Positions 35,971 to 47,285 of a stretch of 64,000 nt of DNA are shown here, one piece after another. This DNA comes from a virus (Duplodnaviria; Caudoviricetes), in IMG/VR virus record IMGVR_UViG_3300037466_001335, positions 16,926 to 80,925 of that record; one strand, given 5' to 3'. The position numbers and the translations under genes were made by a program. The notes beneath the pieces were generated by a model. That model was not told the origin of the DNA, did no database searches, and was given only the letters and a program-made list of their open reading frames with translations. Positions within the stretch are counted from its first letter, which is position 1. Every line of letters starts with the position of its first letter.

Positions 35971-36546
35971 ATGAATAATATGAAGATTCGCATCGAGTCG
36001 CCAACACATTGCCACTATATGCAAGATGCCTTATTCTCAGCGGGCTATAGCTGGAGTACCACAGGCCCGAAAGAACGTCTCGAGGCCTGTGGGAACGAAG
36101 CAGCATGGATTTTTGCATATGATGATGGTCGTTTAACTTGGGATCACGGAGCGGAGTACGGAGAGGACCATCCAAACGATGAGTATATTTGGACGCCACA
36201 AAAGTGCTTTGTGAAACGTTCCGAGTATTACAAGCAGCCTGAGACGAGGGCTGACAAGATGGAGCAAGGTATTCTTAACAAGTATCTTCCTCATGGCAAT
36301 TACTCTCAGGTATTGTTCACTACAGAAGGTGCTGTTGAACGAAAGTTTAACATTGGACAATTGACGTACGACATACAGTTAATCTCCAAAGAAGAACATC
36401 AACGTCTTCGTAAGATGGACATTCTTCGTGCAATGTTGAAGAAGCTTGAGCAGAAGGAAGATGTGCCGGACGAGTGGCATGAGGAGTTGAATCAGTTGAT
36501 GTGGGAACGGCAGAATAGTAAGCAATTTATTAAGGAGAAGAACTGA
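35971..36546 (+). CDS. hypothetical protein
   Basis: AAGGAGG RBS, 191 aa. Confidence 0.8.
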   Translation: MNNMKIRIESPTHCHYMQDALFSAGYSWSTTGPKERLEACGNEAAWIFAYDDGRLTWDHGAEYGEDHPNDEYIWTPQKCFVKRSEYYKQPETRADKMEQGILNKYLPHGNYSQVLFTTEGAVERKFNIGQLTYDIQLISKEEHQRLRKMDILRAMLKKLEQKEDVPDEWHEELNQLMWERQNSKQFIKEKN

Positions 36547-36908
36547 TGAGTGGTTATCAAGAAGCTATGGAAGCAGCAGGTGCTAAGGTGCTGGCGTTTG
36601 AAAGCTTTGGTAGTTATCAAGGCGAGTGGTTTGCAAAAGTTGATTACAATGGCGACGTTGGTTGGATTACTGGATCGTTTGGCTCTTGCTCCTACTGCGA
36701 TGCGTTTGAGGGCGAGTTCGGTTGGAGCGATTACGAACATCCGGATTATCAAGAGCGTCTAGCAGATTTCGGACGTACGTATCTTGACACAATTCTACAA
36801 CAAGAAAAACAAGAAGAGCTATTGCAGTCAGCATTGGATGGGCGAGACGGCCACTGGTATTACGAAGACTATCAGGCAACTTTGGAATTTGTGAAAGGTA
36901 ATCGATAA
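36546..36908 (+). CDS. hypothetical phage protein
   Basis: FGSYQGEW..GSCSYCDAFE motif. Confidence 0.75.
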   Translation: MSGYQEAMEAAGAKVLAFESFGSYQGEWFAKVDYNGDVGWITGSFGSCSYCDAFEGEFGWSDYEHPDYQERLADFGRTYLDTILQQEKQEELLQSALDGRDGHWYYEDYQATLEFVKGNR

Positions 36909-37882
36909 TGAAAGCAGCATTGATTCAAGTTCAACTGGGCCTGAACGCCCAAGTGTTGCGAGGGCTTTATGAGGAGATTGCGAATCTGCGTAAGGCGAGG
37001 AAGCATTTTAATGAAGAAGCTGACAAGTTTGTTAAAGAGTCACTTGACCACGCTGCAAATGAAGACTTTACAAGGGCAGGAGATGTAAACCATTTGGCAG
37101 TGCAGCACAAGGAACAAGCCGCCGTCTACACGCCGTATATCAAGAAATTTGCCAAGCGTATTAAAGCGATTGAGGCTGTGCAGAAGGCTCTGAAGCAAGA
37201 CTTGAAGACGGAGCAAGCGGTGGAAGCATGGCAGAATGAAGAGAGCTACGAATGGGACTTTAGCAAATCTTTGGGAGAGCAGTCTTACACCACCATGCAC
37301 GGGTATATGGATAGCAATGGTAATATTGTGTGGGTGGAGTGATGCATTTCTTCATGTTCAGCAGTGGCGAGTATAGCGACTACTGTGTTGGCGGAATGTA
37401 CATGTGCGATCATATTGTAACTGAAGAGGAGTGGCAGCAGTTTGCTAAGGATAAGCACGAGCAGATTCAAGAAGCTCGTATTAGTAGTCTCGATAAATAC
37501 CGAGCACGTACTGGATTGAACACGTCAGAGTGGTACAAAAGCGACGAGTACAAGGAATATTGCAAGTATGCGGAGGAGAATAGCCCTGAAGATTTGTTCG
37601 TCAAGGCACACAACATGAAGCGTGTAGAGTACACAGAACTGTGGGAGTATTGATGTGGCTACAGTAAACATTACCGCATGGGACATCGCAGAAAAACTCG
37701 GCCTTGTATTTGTTGGCGAAATTTGGGACGACGATCTGTGTCATGCTGTGTTCAAGTACAATTTTCACGGCAAGGAGATTGTGGATGATCTGTGGTATGA
37801 GACTACAGAGGATGCTAAGAACTCTGTTGCGGAAGAGTTGCTGAGGGATATTGGGAAGTATTTGGCTGGGATTATTGATTAG
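36908..37882 (+). other. three hypothetical genes
   Basis: 36908..37342, 37342..37653, 37655..37882. Confidence 0.7.
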
Positions 37883-37890
37883 GGGGATGT

Positions 37891-39831
37891 GTGGGGATTT
37901 TTGCGGCAGATATTGAAACGACTGGGTTGTTGGAACAGATGCAGAAGCAGGCCAACCCAAAGCTGCACAACTTCTGCGCGATTGACATTGATACGCCCCA
38001 CACTATTCTTTTTGAGGGGCATCAGCGAAAAGACTTGCAAGAGTTTCTGAATGCAGGGCACACGCTTGTTATGCATAATGGCAAGCTGTTCGACATGGAA
38101 GCACTCAAGCTTTTTGGCTATGATGTGTCCCGTGTGAATCTTATCGACTCACTTGCGCTTAGCTGGTATCTTGAGCCTAATCGCATGAAGCATGGCTTGG
38201 CGGAATACGGGGAAGAGTTTGGCGTACCGAAGCCTGAGATTGAAGATTGGGAGAATCAGACGCAGGAAGAGTATAACCATCGTGTAACTGAAGACTGCAA
38301 GATTCAAAAGAAGCTGTGGCAGCGTCAAGTGGCGAAGCTGAATGTGTTGTATGGCAAAGAGCCTGATGCACACAAGAAAATTATTGCCTACCTGATGCAG
38401 AAGATGGAGGAGTTTCGCCAACAGCAGGAAAACCGCTGGACGCTGGATGTAGAGGCTGCGGAGAAGCTTCAGGCAGAGCTTGAGAAGGCTATTGAGGAGA
38501 AGACTGAGGCGTTGCGTCAAGTAATGCCGAAGGTGCCAGAGTATGTTGTGCGAAAGCGGCCTGCGCAGCCATACAAAAAGAATGGTGAACTTTCTGAGGC
38601 TGGCAAACGTTGGATGGAAATTACGAATGCTGCTGGATTTGATTTATCGCACACCGAAGATATCAAGGTTGTGAAGGACTGGAAAATTGGCAACCCTGCA
38701 TCACATTCCCAGATTAAAGCGTGGCTGGATAGCTTGGGATGGGAGCCCATCACCTTCAAGTTCATTCGTGGTGAAAATGGTGAGCCGGATCGCAACATCC
38801 CTCAGATCAACCTGAAGGGCGGCGAGATTTGCCAATCTGTGAAGGATTTGATTCCGAAGTGTGCAGGTATTGAACACATTGCAGGTTTGGGTATTCTCAA
38901 TCACAGGCTTGGTGTTGTGAAGGGGTTCTTGCGGGATCACATTGATGGCGAGCTAACAGCGCGTATGCAAGGCTTTACCAATACGCTCAGGGTGCAACAT
39001 CGCGAAATCGTGAATCTGCCGAGTTTGCGCGTCAAGTATGGTGAGGAACTTCGAGGTTTGCTGATGGCACGCCCTGGGATGAAGCTGCTTGGCTCGGACG
39101 AATCGTCGTTAGAGGACCGCCTCAAACACCATTTCCAATGGAAGCTTGACCCGGAGTATGTCAAATCTCAGATGACTAAAGGTTTTGATCCGCACAACAC
39201 AATTGCTGTGATTGCAGGATTGATGACCCAAGCTGATGCAGACTGGTATTCGCAATACAAAGCGCTTCCAAAGAACGAGCACACGGAAGGGGGTGATAAG
39301 AAGTTTGAGAAGATTGATGCTGTTCGTGCTGTTGGCAAAAGTACTAACTACGCGTGTCAGTACGGGGCAGGGGCTGCAACAATTGCTCGCACTGCGAAAG
39401 TTAGCATGGCGGTTGCTAAGAAGTTGCACGCCGCGTACCACAAGATGAACTGGTCAATTGCTAAGATCGCTAGTATGATGGTTGTTAAGAAGACTGATTT
39501 TGGCGACTGGCAGCTTAACCCCATCAACAAGATGTGGTATTCCCTGCGCTCTGACAAGGATAGGTTCTCTACGCTGATTCAAGGTACTGGCGCCTACACG
39601 TTGGACTTGTGGCTTTACCACTGCGAGCGGCTTGCCAAGCAACGTGGTTTGCATTGGAAACTGTTGGGGCAAATGCACGACGAACTGATCGCCGAAGTGC
39701 CAGAGGGTGAAGAGGAAGTTTACCGCACGCTTGTTGCAGATGCTATGGGCAAGGTAAACGATCAACTGAAGCTTAACAGGGAGCTTGCATGCGATATTAA
39801 TTTTGGAGATAGGTATAGTGACATCCACTAA
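37891..39831 (+). CDS. polA: family A DNA polymerase with 3'-5' exonuclease
   Basis: ExoI DIET, ExoII HNGKLFD, motif A DESSLEDR, motif B K-STN-Y-ACQ-YG (Tyr at position 762), motif C MHDE. Confidence 0.96.
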   Translation: MGIFAADIETTGLLEQMQKQANPKLHNFCAIDIDTPHTILFEGHQRKDLQEFLNAGHTLVMHNGKLFDMEALKLFGYDVSRVNLIDSLALSWYLEPNRMKHGLAEYGEEFGVPKPEIEDWENQTQEEYNHRVTEDCKIQKKLWQRQVAKLNVLYGKEPDAHKKIIAYLMQKMEEFRQQQENRWTLDVEAAEKLQAELEKAIEEKTEALRQVMPKVPEYVVRKRPAQPYKKNGELSEAGKRWMEITNAAGFDLSHTEDIKVVKDWKIGNPASHSQIKAWLDSLGWEPITFKFIRGENGEPDRNIPQINLKGGEICQSVKDLIPKCAGIEHIAGLGILNHRLGVVKGFLRDHIDGELTARMQGFTNTLRVQHREIVNLPSLRVKYGEELRGLLMARPGMKLLGSDESSLEDRLKHHFQWKLDPEYVKSQMTKGFDPHNTIAVIAGLMTQADADWYSQYKALPKNEHTEGGDKKFEKIDAVRAVGKSTNYACQYGAGAATIARTAKVSMAVAKKLHAAYHKMNWSIAKIASMMVVKKTDFGDWQLNPINKMWYSLRSDKDRFSTLIQGTGAYTLDLWLYHCERLAKQRGLHWKLLGQMHDELIAEVPEGEEEVYRTLVADAMGKVNDQLKLNRELACDINFGDRYSDIH

Positions 39832-40402
39832 GAATTTTAACAGAGACTTAGAAGGTCTTGATGAATTGTTTTACTACGACTCTTCCAGCCCAACAGGGTT
39901 GAGAAGGAAAACAGATTGGCGATCTGGTAGAAAGCTTGCCACAGTTAGGGCCAAAGTGGGTGACCCAACAGGCAGTGCTGGAAAAGATTATTATGCTGTC
40001 TACGACGGCTCAAAACTTATTCTGGCACATGTTGTTATTTGGATTTTAGAAATGGGTCCGATACCTGATGGGTACGTTGTAGACCACATTGATGGTGATG
40101 GCTTTAATAACAACATCTCAAATCTGAGGTGCATTAAAGAAAGGCTAAACGCCCAAAACATGAGAAAAATGTCTTCAAATTCTTCTGGTGTTTGTGGGGT
40201 GCACTACCGGGACGGGGAAGGTGAATATCCAAGATGGCTGGCGCAGTGCTACAACCTTGAAAACAAGAGGTTGAGCAAGTCTTTTAGTGTAAAAAAGTAT
40301 GGCTACGACGAAGCTTTCCGCCTAGCATGCGAATATCGTGCTAAAATGATTGAAGAACTTAACGCACAAGGTGCAGGATACACTGAACGACATGGTACGT
40401 AA
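39818..40402 (+). CDS. HNH homing endonuclease (HNH_3 + AP2-like)
   Basis: AHVVIW..G.IPDGYVVDHIDGDGFNNNISNLR; SFSVKKYGYDEAFRLA. Confidence 0.9.
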   Translation: MTSTKNFNRDLEGLDELFYYDSSSPTGLRRKTDWRSGRKLATVRAKVGDPTGSAGKDYYAVYDGSKLILAHVVIWILEMGPIPDGYVVDHIDGDGFNNNISNLRCIKERLNAQNMRKMSSNSSGVCGVHYRDGEGEYPRWLAQCYNLENKRLSKSFSVKKYGYDEAFRLACEYRAKMIEELNAQGAGYTERHGT

Positions 40403-40405
40403 CAA

Positions 40406-40600
40406 ATGAAATCCAAATATTATTTCGAAGGCCGTGCAGCCTACTCTCGCGGCATCACCACCAACCCTTACACGAACGGAGATGACGAACGTGCAGCAGA
40501 ACACTGGCAAGACGGCTTCGACGCCTGCGAACAAGAGTTTTTCGACAACGAATACGTCACCAACGTTCGGAGCAGGAATGTACAGTGGTCGTATGAATGA
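40406..40600 (+). CDS. Rmf/CrpP-fold small protein
   Basis: YFEGRAAYSRG..NPY..HWQDGF. Confidence 0.55.
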   Translation: MKSKYYFEGRAAYSRGITTNPYTNGDDERAAEHWQDGFDACEQEFFDNEYVTNVRSRNVQWSYE

Positions 40601-40663
40601 GCGGGATGTGGCTTGGAATGGGCATACTTGGCAAAAAGTACCAAACAAATATTTTGAGGACTA

Positions 40664-41155
40664 ATGATGGACGACAGACGCTACAACGGGAAGTACGACG
40701 CTCTGAGAATTATCGACGAAACTCTTCCACCACAATCTGCTGCCAAGTTTCACCACGGAAGTCGTAAACCGTATGACTACGAGCAACCTGTATTGGACGT
40801 AGCAAAAGCTGCTATGGCAGAAGTTGGCGGGTTTAGGAATGTCACACAGGAGAAGATTATGAAAGCAACTTATATCAACCTGCCATACTGGCCTTTCGAT
40901 GTCGAAGAAGGGTTGATGCGACGAATTCAAGAAGTCAATTCTTGGTTTGGTCGTTGGCTACCTTCAAAACCACTATTCCGTGTAGCTTTGACGAATGATC
41001 AATGGCCAGATTTGACGACTAAGAATGAAGCCCGTGCAATGTTCACTTTCTTTGTCAGAAATGATGACGAAGTGCACCCTACATTACCGCCTGACGGTGG
41101 CGAGTACGAGCAGTGGATTCAGATTGCTAACGTGCTGTTCTTTGTGGAGAAGTAG
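40664..41155 (+). CDS. hypothetical protein
   Basis: GAGGA RBS, 163 aa. Confidence 0.75.
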   Translation: MMDDRRYNGKYDALRIIDETLPPQSAAKFHHGSRKPYDYEQPVLDVAKAAMAEVGGFRNVTQEKIMKATYINLPYWPFDVEEGLMRRIQEVNSWFGRWLPSKPLFRVALTNDQWPDLTTKNEARAMFTFFVRNDDEVHPTLPPDGGEYEQWIQIANVLFFVEK

Positions 41156-41331
41156 AATGATCCCTCAAACAGAAAAATTAGAATACGCCGGAAAGAAGTA
41201 CGAACTGCGTTCAGATTGTTTTGGATGCGATTTGTACAGCATTTCCGACGATGGCACAGCAACAGCTATGCACTATCCTGCAAACTGGATTAGCATCGAA
41301 GATTTCTTGAAACTTAAACACCTGAACGAAA

Positions 41332-41766
41332 ATGGTATCTCGCCATAAACCTACACGAGAGCAACGAGCAGCCACACATGCTGCAACTGACGCAGACTAT
41401 ACTATCTTAGCACAACACGTTGTCTCAGCAGTTATTGCAAAGTGCCGAGATATCGTAATCCGCTTCCCTTATTTTGTGGCGCTTCCTGATGATTGGCCTC
41501 GCGGGATTCTTGTGAAGCGTGACGAATCCTATAATTACTACCGTGTTAAGGTCTTCAAGGCAGCGGATTGGATGTTTAAGCATGGGTATCTACAACAGGA
41601 TGCCAAGGGGCTTGTCAAGAGCATGCGCAGCGTCGTTAACATGACAGGCGAAGCCGACAGACTTCTTACAACACCTGAGCAAGAATTCTTAAAAGGCAGT
41701 AAGATTTCTGTTGACAACGACGAAGCGAATCTGTATAATTCTACATCTGAAACTACGGAGGAATGA
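41332..41766 (+). CDS. hypothetical protein
   Basis: 144 aa, operon context. Confidence 0.7.
   Translation: MVSRHKPTREQRAATHAATDADYTILAQHVVSAVIAKCRDIVIRFPYFVALPDDWPRGILVKRDESYNYYRVKVFKAADWMFKHGYLQQDAKGLVKSMRSVVNMTGEADRLLTTPEQEFLKGSKISVDNDEANLYNSTSETTEE
41711..41739 (+). promoter_or_regulatory. intragenic sigma70 promoter
   Basis: TTGACA-17-TATAAT with extended -10 TG. Confidence 0.8.
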
Positions 41767-42217
41767 TGACGAAACAAGAAATTGTACGGGAATTGTACCT
41801 TATGCGAGACAACAAGGACCGGCTTCTGTACGCATTGCACCAGCAAGAAGCTGAGATTACTAAGTATGAAGAGATGCTAAAAAAGATGAAACAACTGGAG
41901 GCAGAGTGAATGAATTATCGTATCGCCTAATGCTTGTAAAAATCGGCTTTCTGCTACTATGGGAGAATATTCTTGACCTATTCCGACAAGCCTAATTTCT
42001 ATGTGCGACGTATCAATCTTCGTGGCCTTGAGCTTGACGTAGAGTTTCGATTCTATCAAGGCATCCCTGCCACGAACGATGAGCCAGAGTCGCCTGAAGA
42101 GTTAATGATTGAAGCTGTGTTTCTTGATGAGCATGACATAATCCACCTCATCGGGAACAAAACCTTCTTAGAGATTGAGAAGGAAATTTATAAATTGTTT
42201 GATGATAAAGGAGATGT

Positions 42218-42700
42218 ATGAAATTATTTGGTAAATTTGTCCTGGGCCTGATTGCAACAGGTTTCCATGCGTTCGTAATTACGATGCTTTGGAGTTGGTT
42301 CGCTGTCGCAACATTTGGCTTGCCTGCTCTGTCCATTGTAGCTGTATTTGGATTTGAACTGTTGGTTAATACGTTTATGTTCAATCCTTACAAAACTGAA
42401 GTGCAAAAGAAAGAAGGCACGCAAGCGTCTCTCGAAATTATCGGCGTGTCTGCATTGACGCTCCTGTCTGGCTTCCTGCTGCACCTGATGATGTGAGGAC
42501 ACATGTTCATTTTCTATATCGTAAGCTGTGTATTAGCCCTTCTGTTTGTGCTGAGCAATCTTCACTTTGCTGATAACAAGCTAAATTGGAAGCAGACTAT
42601 TTGTTGTGTTGTAGCTAGTCTGACTCCTGTTGTAAACACTGTGTTTGTTATTCTTCTGATTGTTGTGGCTTACAAGATGGCTAAGGCGGAAGCGGGTTGA
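42218..42700 (+). other. two small membrane proteins
   Basis: 42218..42496 (3 TM) and 42503..42700 (2 TM). Confidence 0.7.
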
Positions 42701-42783
42701 ATGCTGTAAATGCGTCCTGCATTCTCAGGACAAAGCCTGCGCTGGCTTAGCGCAATTTAATTTAACTTAAAAGGAAATACAAA

Positions 42784-43815
42784 TTGAAACCACGTAATAT
42801 TAATGCTCCTGCACGTAACACCGAAAACTCTGAACAAAAAGCATACGTGCCCATCCTCCCTGAAGATGGTTTGGTTGCTGTTCAAGTGGGCCTTCTCGTT
42901 GATCTGGGTAGCCACAAAAAGCTGCCTAAGTTTGCCAAAGACAATGCTGGTAATCGTGAAAAAGACGAAGACACCGGAGAAGACAAAATCCTGTGGCCCA
43001 AAGATGGCGCTGTAGAGCAGAAAATTGCATGCTACATTGATCTGCTGGACCAGACTCATGACTACGAAGGTGACATTGGTGTGAAGAACATTCGTCTACC
43101 GCTACACCCTGTCAATCGTGGCATGTCGGATGGTCTGAACTTCACTACTGTTGCTCCACGTGATCCGAAGACGAATGCGTACATCAAGGGTCGTCCGTGG
43201 ATTCTTGCAGGTACGTCCAACTTCTATAAGATTGCTGGTGTGACGAAGTATGAAGACGGTACGAAAGTTAGTGATGTTATCTTCAAGGCAGACTATAAGA
43301 ATGCTAAGCTGAATGACATCTCGCAACTGCTCGGCAAGCCGTTCATGTTCAATCTGGAAGTGAAGGTGCAAGAGAAGGACGACAAGAAGTTTGTCAACAC
43401 CAAACTCAAGTCGCCTGTGCCGCTGATGAAGGGCATGAAGCCTGCTGATCCTCTGATGCCTGCAATTTCGGTCAACTTTGACGACGAAGACCTGCTGGAA
43501 GAAAAGGAAGAACTGGGCGGTGTAGCTAAGTTCGACTTGCTCCGTCTTGCTGATTTGCGTAAGATTGTTCTGGCTGAAGAGTACGCGGGCTCGAAGATGC
43601 AAGAAGCTGTGATTGAGCGAAATGGCAAAGATGGTGAGAAAGAAATCATCGCCAAGGCCAAGGAGATCGCAGAGAAGATTGTTGAAGGTGACAAAGACCT
43701 GCAAGAAATCTTTGCTAAGTATCCGAATGGTAAGCCGGGTGTTGAAGGCGAAGCTGCTCCAGTGGCACAGCCGAAGGCTCCTGACTTTGATGATATCGAA
43801 GATACGCCGTTTTAG
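42784..43815 (+). CDS. putative single-stranded DNA-binding protein
   Basis: Position between polymerase and exonuclease; acidic SSB-like tail PDFDDIEDTPF. Confidence 0.55.
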   Translation: MKPRNINAPARNTENSEQKAYVPILPEDGLVAVQVGLLVDLGSHKKLPKFAKDNAGNREKDEDTGEDKILWPKDGAVEQKIACYIDLLDQTHDYEGDIGVKNIRLPLHPVNRGMSDGLNFTTVAPRDPKTNAYIKGRPWILAGTSNFYKIAGVTKYEDGTKVSDVIFKADYKNAKLNDISQLLGKPFMFNLEVKVQEKDDKKFVNTKLKSPVPLMKGMKPADPLMPAISVNFDDEDLLEEKEELGGVAKFDLLRLADLRKIVLAEEYAGSKMQEAVIERNGKDGEKEIIAKAKEIAEKIVEGDKDLQEIFAKYPNGKPGVEGEAAPVAQPKAPDFDDIEDTPF

Positions 43816-43822
43816 GATGTAG

Positions 43823-44362
43823 ATGGAGACGCCGGTCACTAAGGCATGCTTTAAGTGCGGAGAGACTAAACCCCTCTCCGACTTTTACAAGCACTCAGAA
43901 ATGGCAGATGGTCACGTCAACAAATGTAAGGAATGTAATAAACTAGACGTTAGAAGTAATCGTAAAAAGCGCGAAGACTATTACAATGCTTATGACAGGT
44001 TGAGAAGTACAAAACCTGAACGTAAAGAGTATCGTAAAAAGAACGAGCAAAAGCCCGAAAGAAAGGCCAAGATACAGGCTTATAAAAGGGTATGGCACTC
44101 TGAATACGATATGAAAAAGAAGGCGGCAACGACCGCAGTTGGGAATGCTTTGCGCGACGGTAAGTTGGAAAAGTGGCCGTGTTGGGTTTGTGGAACTACT
44201 GAAAACATAGAAGGTCATCATGTTCACTATGATATGCCTCTAGACGTGATTTGGCTGTGCACAAAACATCATGCAGAGGTTCACCGTGACTACGATCACG
44301 AACAAGACATTATTCTGCTTGAAACCACAGAAAAAGGCAGTCGTTGGAAACAAGACGACTGA
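43823..44362 (+). CDS. HNH endonuclease
   Basis: CFKC..CKEC zinc ribbon; CWVC..EGHH..DVIWLCTKHHAEVH. Confidence 0.85.
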   Translation: METPVTKACFKCGETKPLSDFYKHSEMADGHVNKCKECNKLDVRSNRKKREDYYNAYDRLRSTKPERKEYRKKNEQKPERKAKIQAYKRVWHSEYDMKKKAATTAVGNALRDGKLEKWPCWVCGTTENIEGHHVHYDMPLDVIWLCTKHHAEVHRDYDHEQDIILLETTEKGSRWKQDD

Positions 44363-44409
44363 CATACGCCCTACTCCGAGATGGGTGGGGCTTTTCTTTT
44401 AGGGACATT

Positions 44410-45369
44410 ATGAAGACAATTGCAATTGTTGACGCAGATATTCTCGCCTTCAGGTGCAGTGCTGCAAATGCGACACGTAGTATCCGAGCAACACATAAGA
44501 TGTCGGGCCAAGTAATTGAGTGCCCGCACCGTACAGCCCTTAAAGAACAGATCAAAGGCGCTTTTGAGTTGGACGAATTCGATATAGAAGATGTGCAAAC
44601 CGCAGCAGATATAAGTTTTGCCTTCAATGCAATGAACACTTGCCTAAAAGCGTGGAAACAAAGTGTCGGCGCAAGCTCGGTTGAGTTATACATTAGCGGC
44701 GAGAATAACTTTAGGGATTACTTGCCGCTTCCGACAAAGTATAAAAGCAATCGTTCAGGAATCAAGCCTGTTCAACTACAAGAATGCCGTCAATACCTTA
44801 TTGAACGTAAGAAGGCTGTCGTGGTTAATGGCAAAGAAGTTGACGACCATCTTGCACAACGTTGTTATGAGGGCTTAAAGCAGGGTATCAAAACAGTCGC
44901 AGTTACAAATGATGGCGACCAGAATGGAGTGGCAGGCTGGATGTACAACTGGACTAAGATGAATGAGCCAAAGCTTATTTGCGGTTTGGGCGACATATGG
45001 TTGAATGACGAACGAAATGATTTCGACGGACATGGGCGGAAATTTTTTTATGCTCAGTGGCTATACGGAGACTGGAACGTTGATCGTTTCAAACCTGCCG
45101 AGTTGTCCGGGAAGAAGTTTGGTGTGGTGGCTATGTACAACATTCTTAAAGATTGTAATACGGACAAGGAATGTGTGCAGGCTGTTTACAACCAGTACTC
45201 AAAGTGGTATCCTGAGCCTGTAACATACACAGCGTGGGACGGCGCTGAACACACTAAAGATGTTATCGAAATTATGGATATGTATGCTGCTTGCGCACAC
45301 ATGAAGAGGTTCGACGGAGACGTTTTTGACACTCGTAAGCTTCTTAACAAACTGGAGATTGAAGTATGA
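44410..45369 (+). CDS. 5'-3' exonuclease (FEN/RNase H-like)
   Basis: IVDADILAF, NFR..YKSNR, EVDD, D-GD-Q acidic motifs. Confidence 0.88.
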   Translation: MKTIAIVDADILAFRCSAANATRSIRATHKMSGQVIECPHRTALKEQIKGAFELDEFDIEDVQTAADISFAFNAMNTCLKAWKQSVGASSVELYISGENNFRDYLPLPTKYKSNRSGIKPVQLQECRQYLIERKKAVVVNGKEVDDHLAQRCYEGLKQGIKTVAVTNDGDQNGVAGWMYNWTKMNEPKLICGLGDIWLNDERNDFDGHGRKFFYAQWLYGDWNVDRFKPAELSGKKFGVVAMYNILKDCNTDKECVQAVYNQYSKWYPEPVTYTAWDGAEHTKDVIEIMDMYAACAHMKRFDGDVFDTRKLLNKLEIEV

Positions 45370-45549
45370 CTAAGGGAATCGTCTTTGCAGAGCCTGTTCG
45401 CTACATGGTGATTGCTACGTGGTATGGCTACAAAATCCTCGACACACTCACTGAAGGCTTCAAAACTGTTAAGCGCTTTGTAGACTACGACAACGAAGCC
45501 CACCTTCGTGCTCATGACTACGCAAGGGAACTGAATATCAAGGAGGGGT

Positions 45550-46095
45550 ATGTCTATTGGTACTAAAGAAGCTTGGGAGTCTTACCCTGAAATCTGGCCT
45601 GATGAGAAAGCCTTCATGTTGTATTTGCGAGGGGCTTTCCGTTCTGTGTGGAGTCGCTACCCTGCCAAGTTAGAGTGGAAGAAGCGCCAAATGACCCCCC
45701 CGCCAGCGGGATACACAGGACGTGCTAAGAATGTTGGGTACTGTGCATTCTGTGGCAAGATGGGATCAGCATCCTCCTTTGAAGTGGACCACATAGACCA
45801 AGCAGGCTCTTTCGGCAACAAGGAAGAAGCTGTGCAGTGGTTCTGGAGGTTGCTAGACACAAACGACAACTGGCAGCTTGCGTGCAAACCTTGCCACAAA
45901 ACTAAATCTTACGCTGACAGGATGGGGATTAGTTTTGAAGATGCAAGCGTAGAGAAAGAAGTAATCGCCATTTGCAAGAAACCTGTCAAAGATGTCAAAC
46001 AGTTTTGTTACGATTACGGCTACAGTAATGAGCAATTGAGCAATCCAGAGAAACGCCGAATGGCAGTGGAACAAATTCTATGCTCTGTAAAATAA
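45550..46095 (+). CDS. HNH endonuclease (conserved, replication/packaging type)
   Basis: CAFC..FEVDHI..LACKPCHKTK. Confidence 0.8.
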   Translation: MSIGTKEAWESYPEIWPDEKAFMLYLRGAFRSVWSRYPAKLEWKKRQMTPPPAGYTGRAKNVGYCAFCGKMGSASSFEVDHIDQAGSFGNKEEAVQWFWRLLDTNDNWQLACKPCHKTKSYADRMGISFEDASVEKEVIAICKKPVKDVKQFCYDYGYSNEQLSNPEKRRMAVEQILCSVK

Positions 46096-46098
46096 GGC

Positions 46099-46127
46099 TT
46101 GCAATGGCACAACAACTTGTGTAGAAT
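46099..46127 (+). promoter_or_regulatory. sigma70 promoter
   Basis: TTGCAA-17-TAGAAT with extended -10 TG. Confidence 0.75.
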
Positions 46128-46158
46128 ACGTTCTACAACATTCTTAAGGAGAAAGCAG

Positions 46159-47285
46159 ATGGGTGATTTTGGATTTATCACTGAGTCAAGCTGTGATTAT
46201 GACGTGTACATCTATGACGAGTGGAACGACGGAAACATATATCTGCACGACACAAGCGGCGGAAGGAGCTACGTCAATGCGGAAGATATTCCGAAATTGA
46301 TTAATGCTTTGCAAAAGGCTTACGAATATATCAAACAAAAGGAACAATCATGACCAACGAATTCAGATTCCATTACAACGGATTTCGCAGCCTCTACACT
46401 GCCAAGCTTCGAGACGATTGGTATCGCGTGTATTTTAATGAAGAGTATGTCGCAGCATTTACGAAGGATGAGATGAAGCATATGATTGATAGTCAACGTG
46501 CACGTATTGTGGAGGAAGATGATGAAGTTGCCGAATAAGTTTCAATTTCGTGTGAAGTGCCTACCTGGGTTTACACATACCATTTCCAAGAATGCTCACG
46601 GTGATTACGAGGTGAAGTGGGCACGAGGGTATCCAAATAAGATTCGTGAAGTCCCTCGTGCGGTGCTTGAAGAGTGCCGCGTTCACTCCTTGGTTGAGGT
46701 TGGCGCGTGGATTGTCGTGAATGACAAGCAGAAGCAAGATGAATTGCCAGATGAGTTTTATTTCAAGCATTCGCATTGCCCCGATGACATGCATTTCACG
46801 AAACGCTGCGGAGATTTTTATATGACAACGTGGAACTGCGGGACGGAAGAACAACACACAGTTTCCGGTGTCGTAGATTACGTGAAAAAATTTGGGTGGT
46901 GGATTATTCAGGACAAGAAACCTCTCACAGCCGAACAACAACGCCAACTGAACGACTTCAAAGAGCGAATTGCTTCGCTTGAGCAGTCTATCAAGCTGAA
47001 TGAGCAGGATGTGGAGCATAAGAGGCGGCTCATTTCAAACTATGAGGCAACGAAGGCAGATTTGCTGAAGAAAATTGAGGAGATGGTATGAGTGACTTGA
47101 CAGAATTCATCAAACTAAATATGGAAGTCCACCGTTCTACAAAAGAGCGCATTGATTTGTTGGAAAATGAGATTAAGGAACTTCGCCGTAAGATTGATAG
47201 CCCGGCTGTTTATGGCCCTTTGAAGTGGCAAGTGCCACAAGGTCCGTCGGACTTCCCGTTTAGCTTTGATTGGAGTATTAAATGA
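46159..47285 (+). other. run of hypothetical genes
   Basis: 46159..46353, 46350..46538, ~46519..47091 (coiled-coil tail), 47088..47285. Confidence 0.65.
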
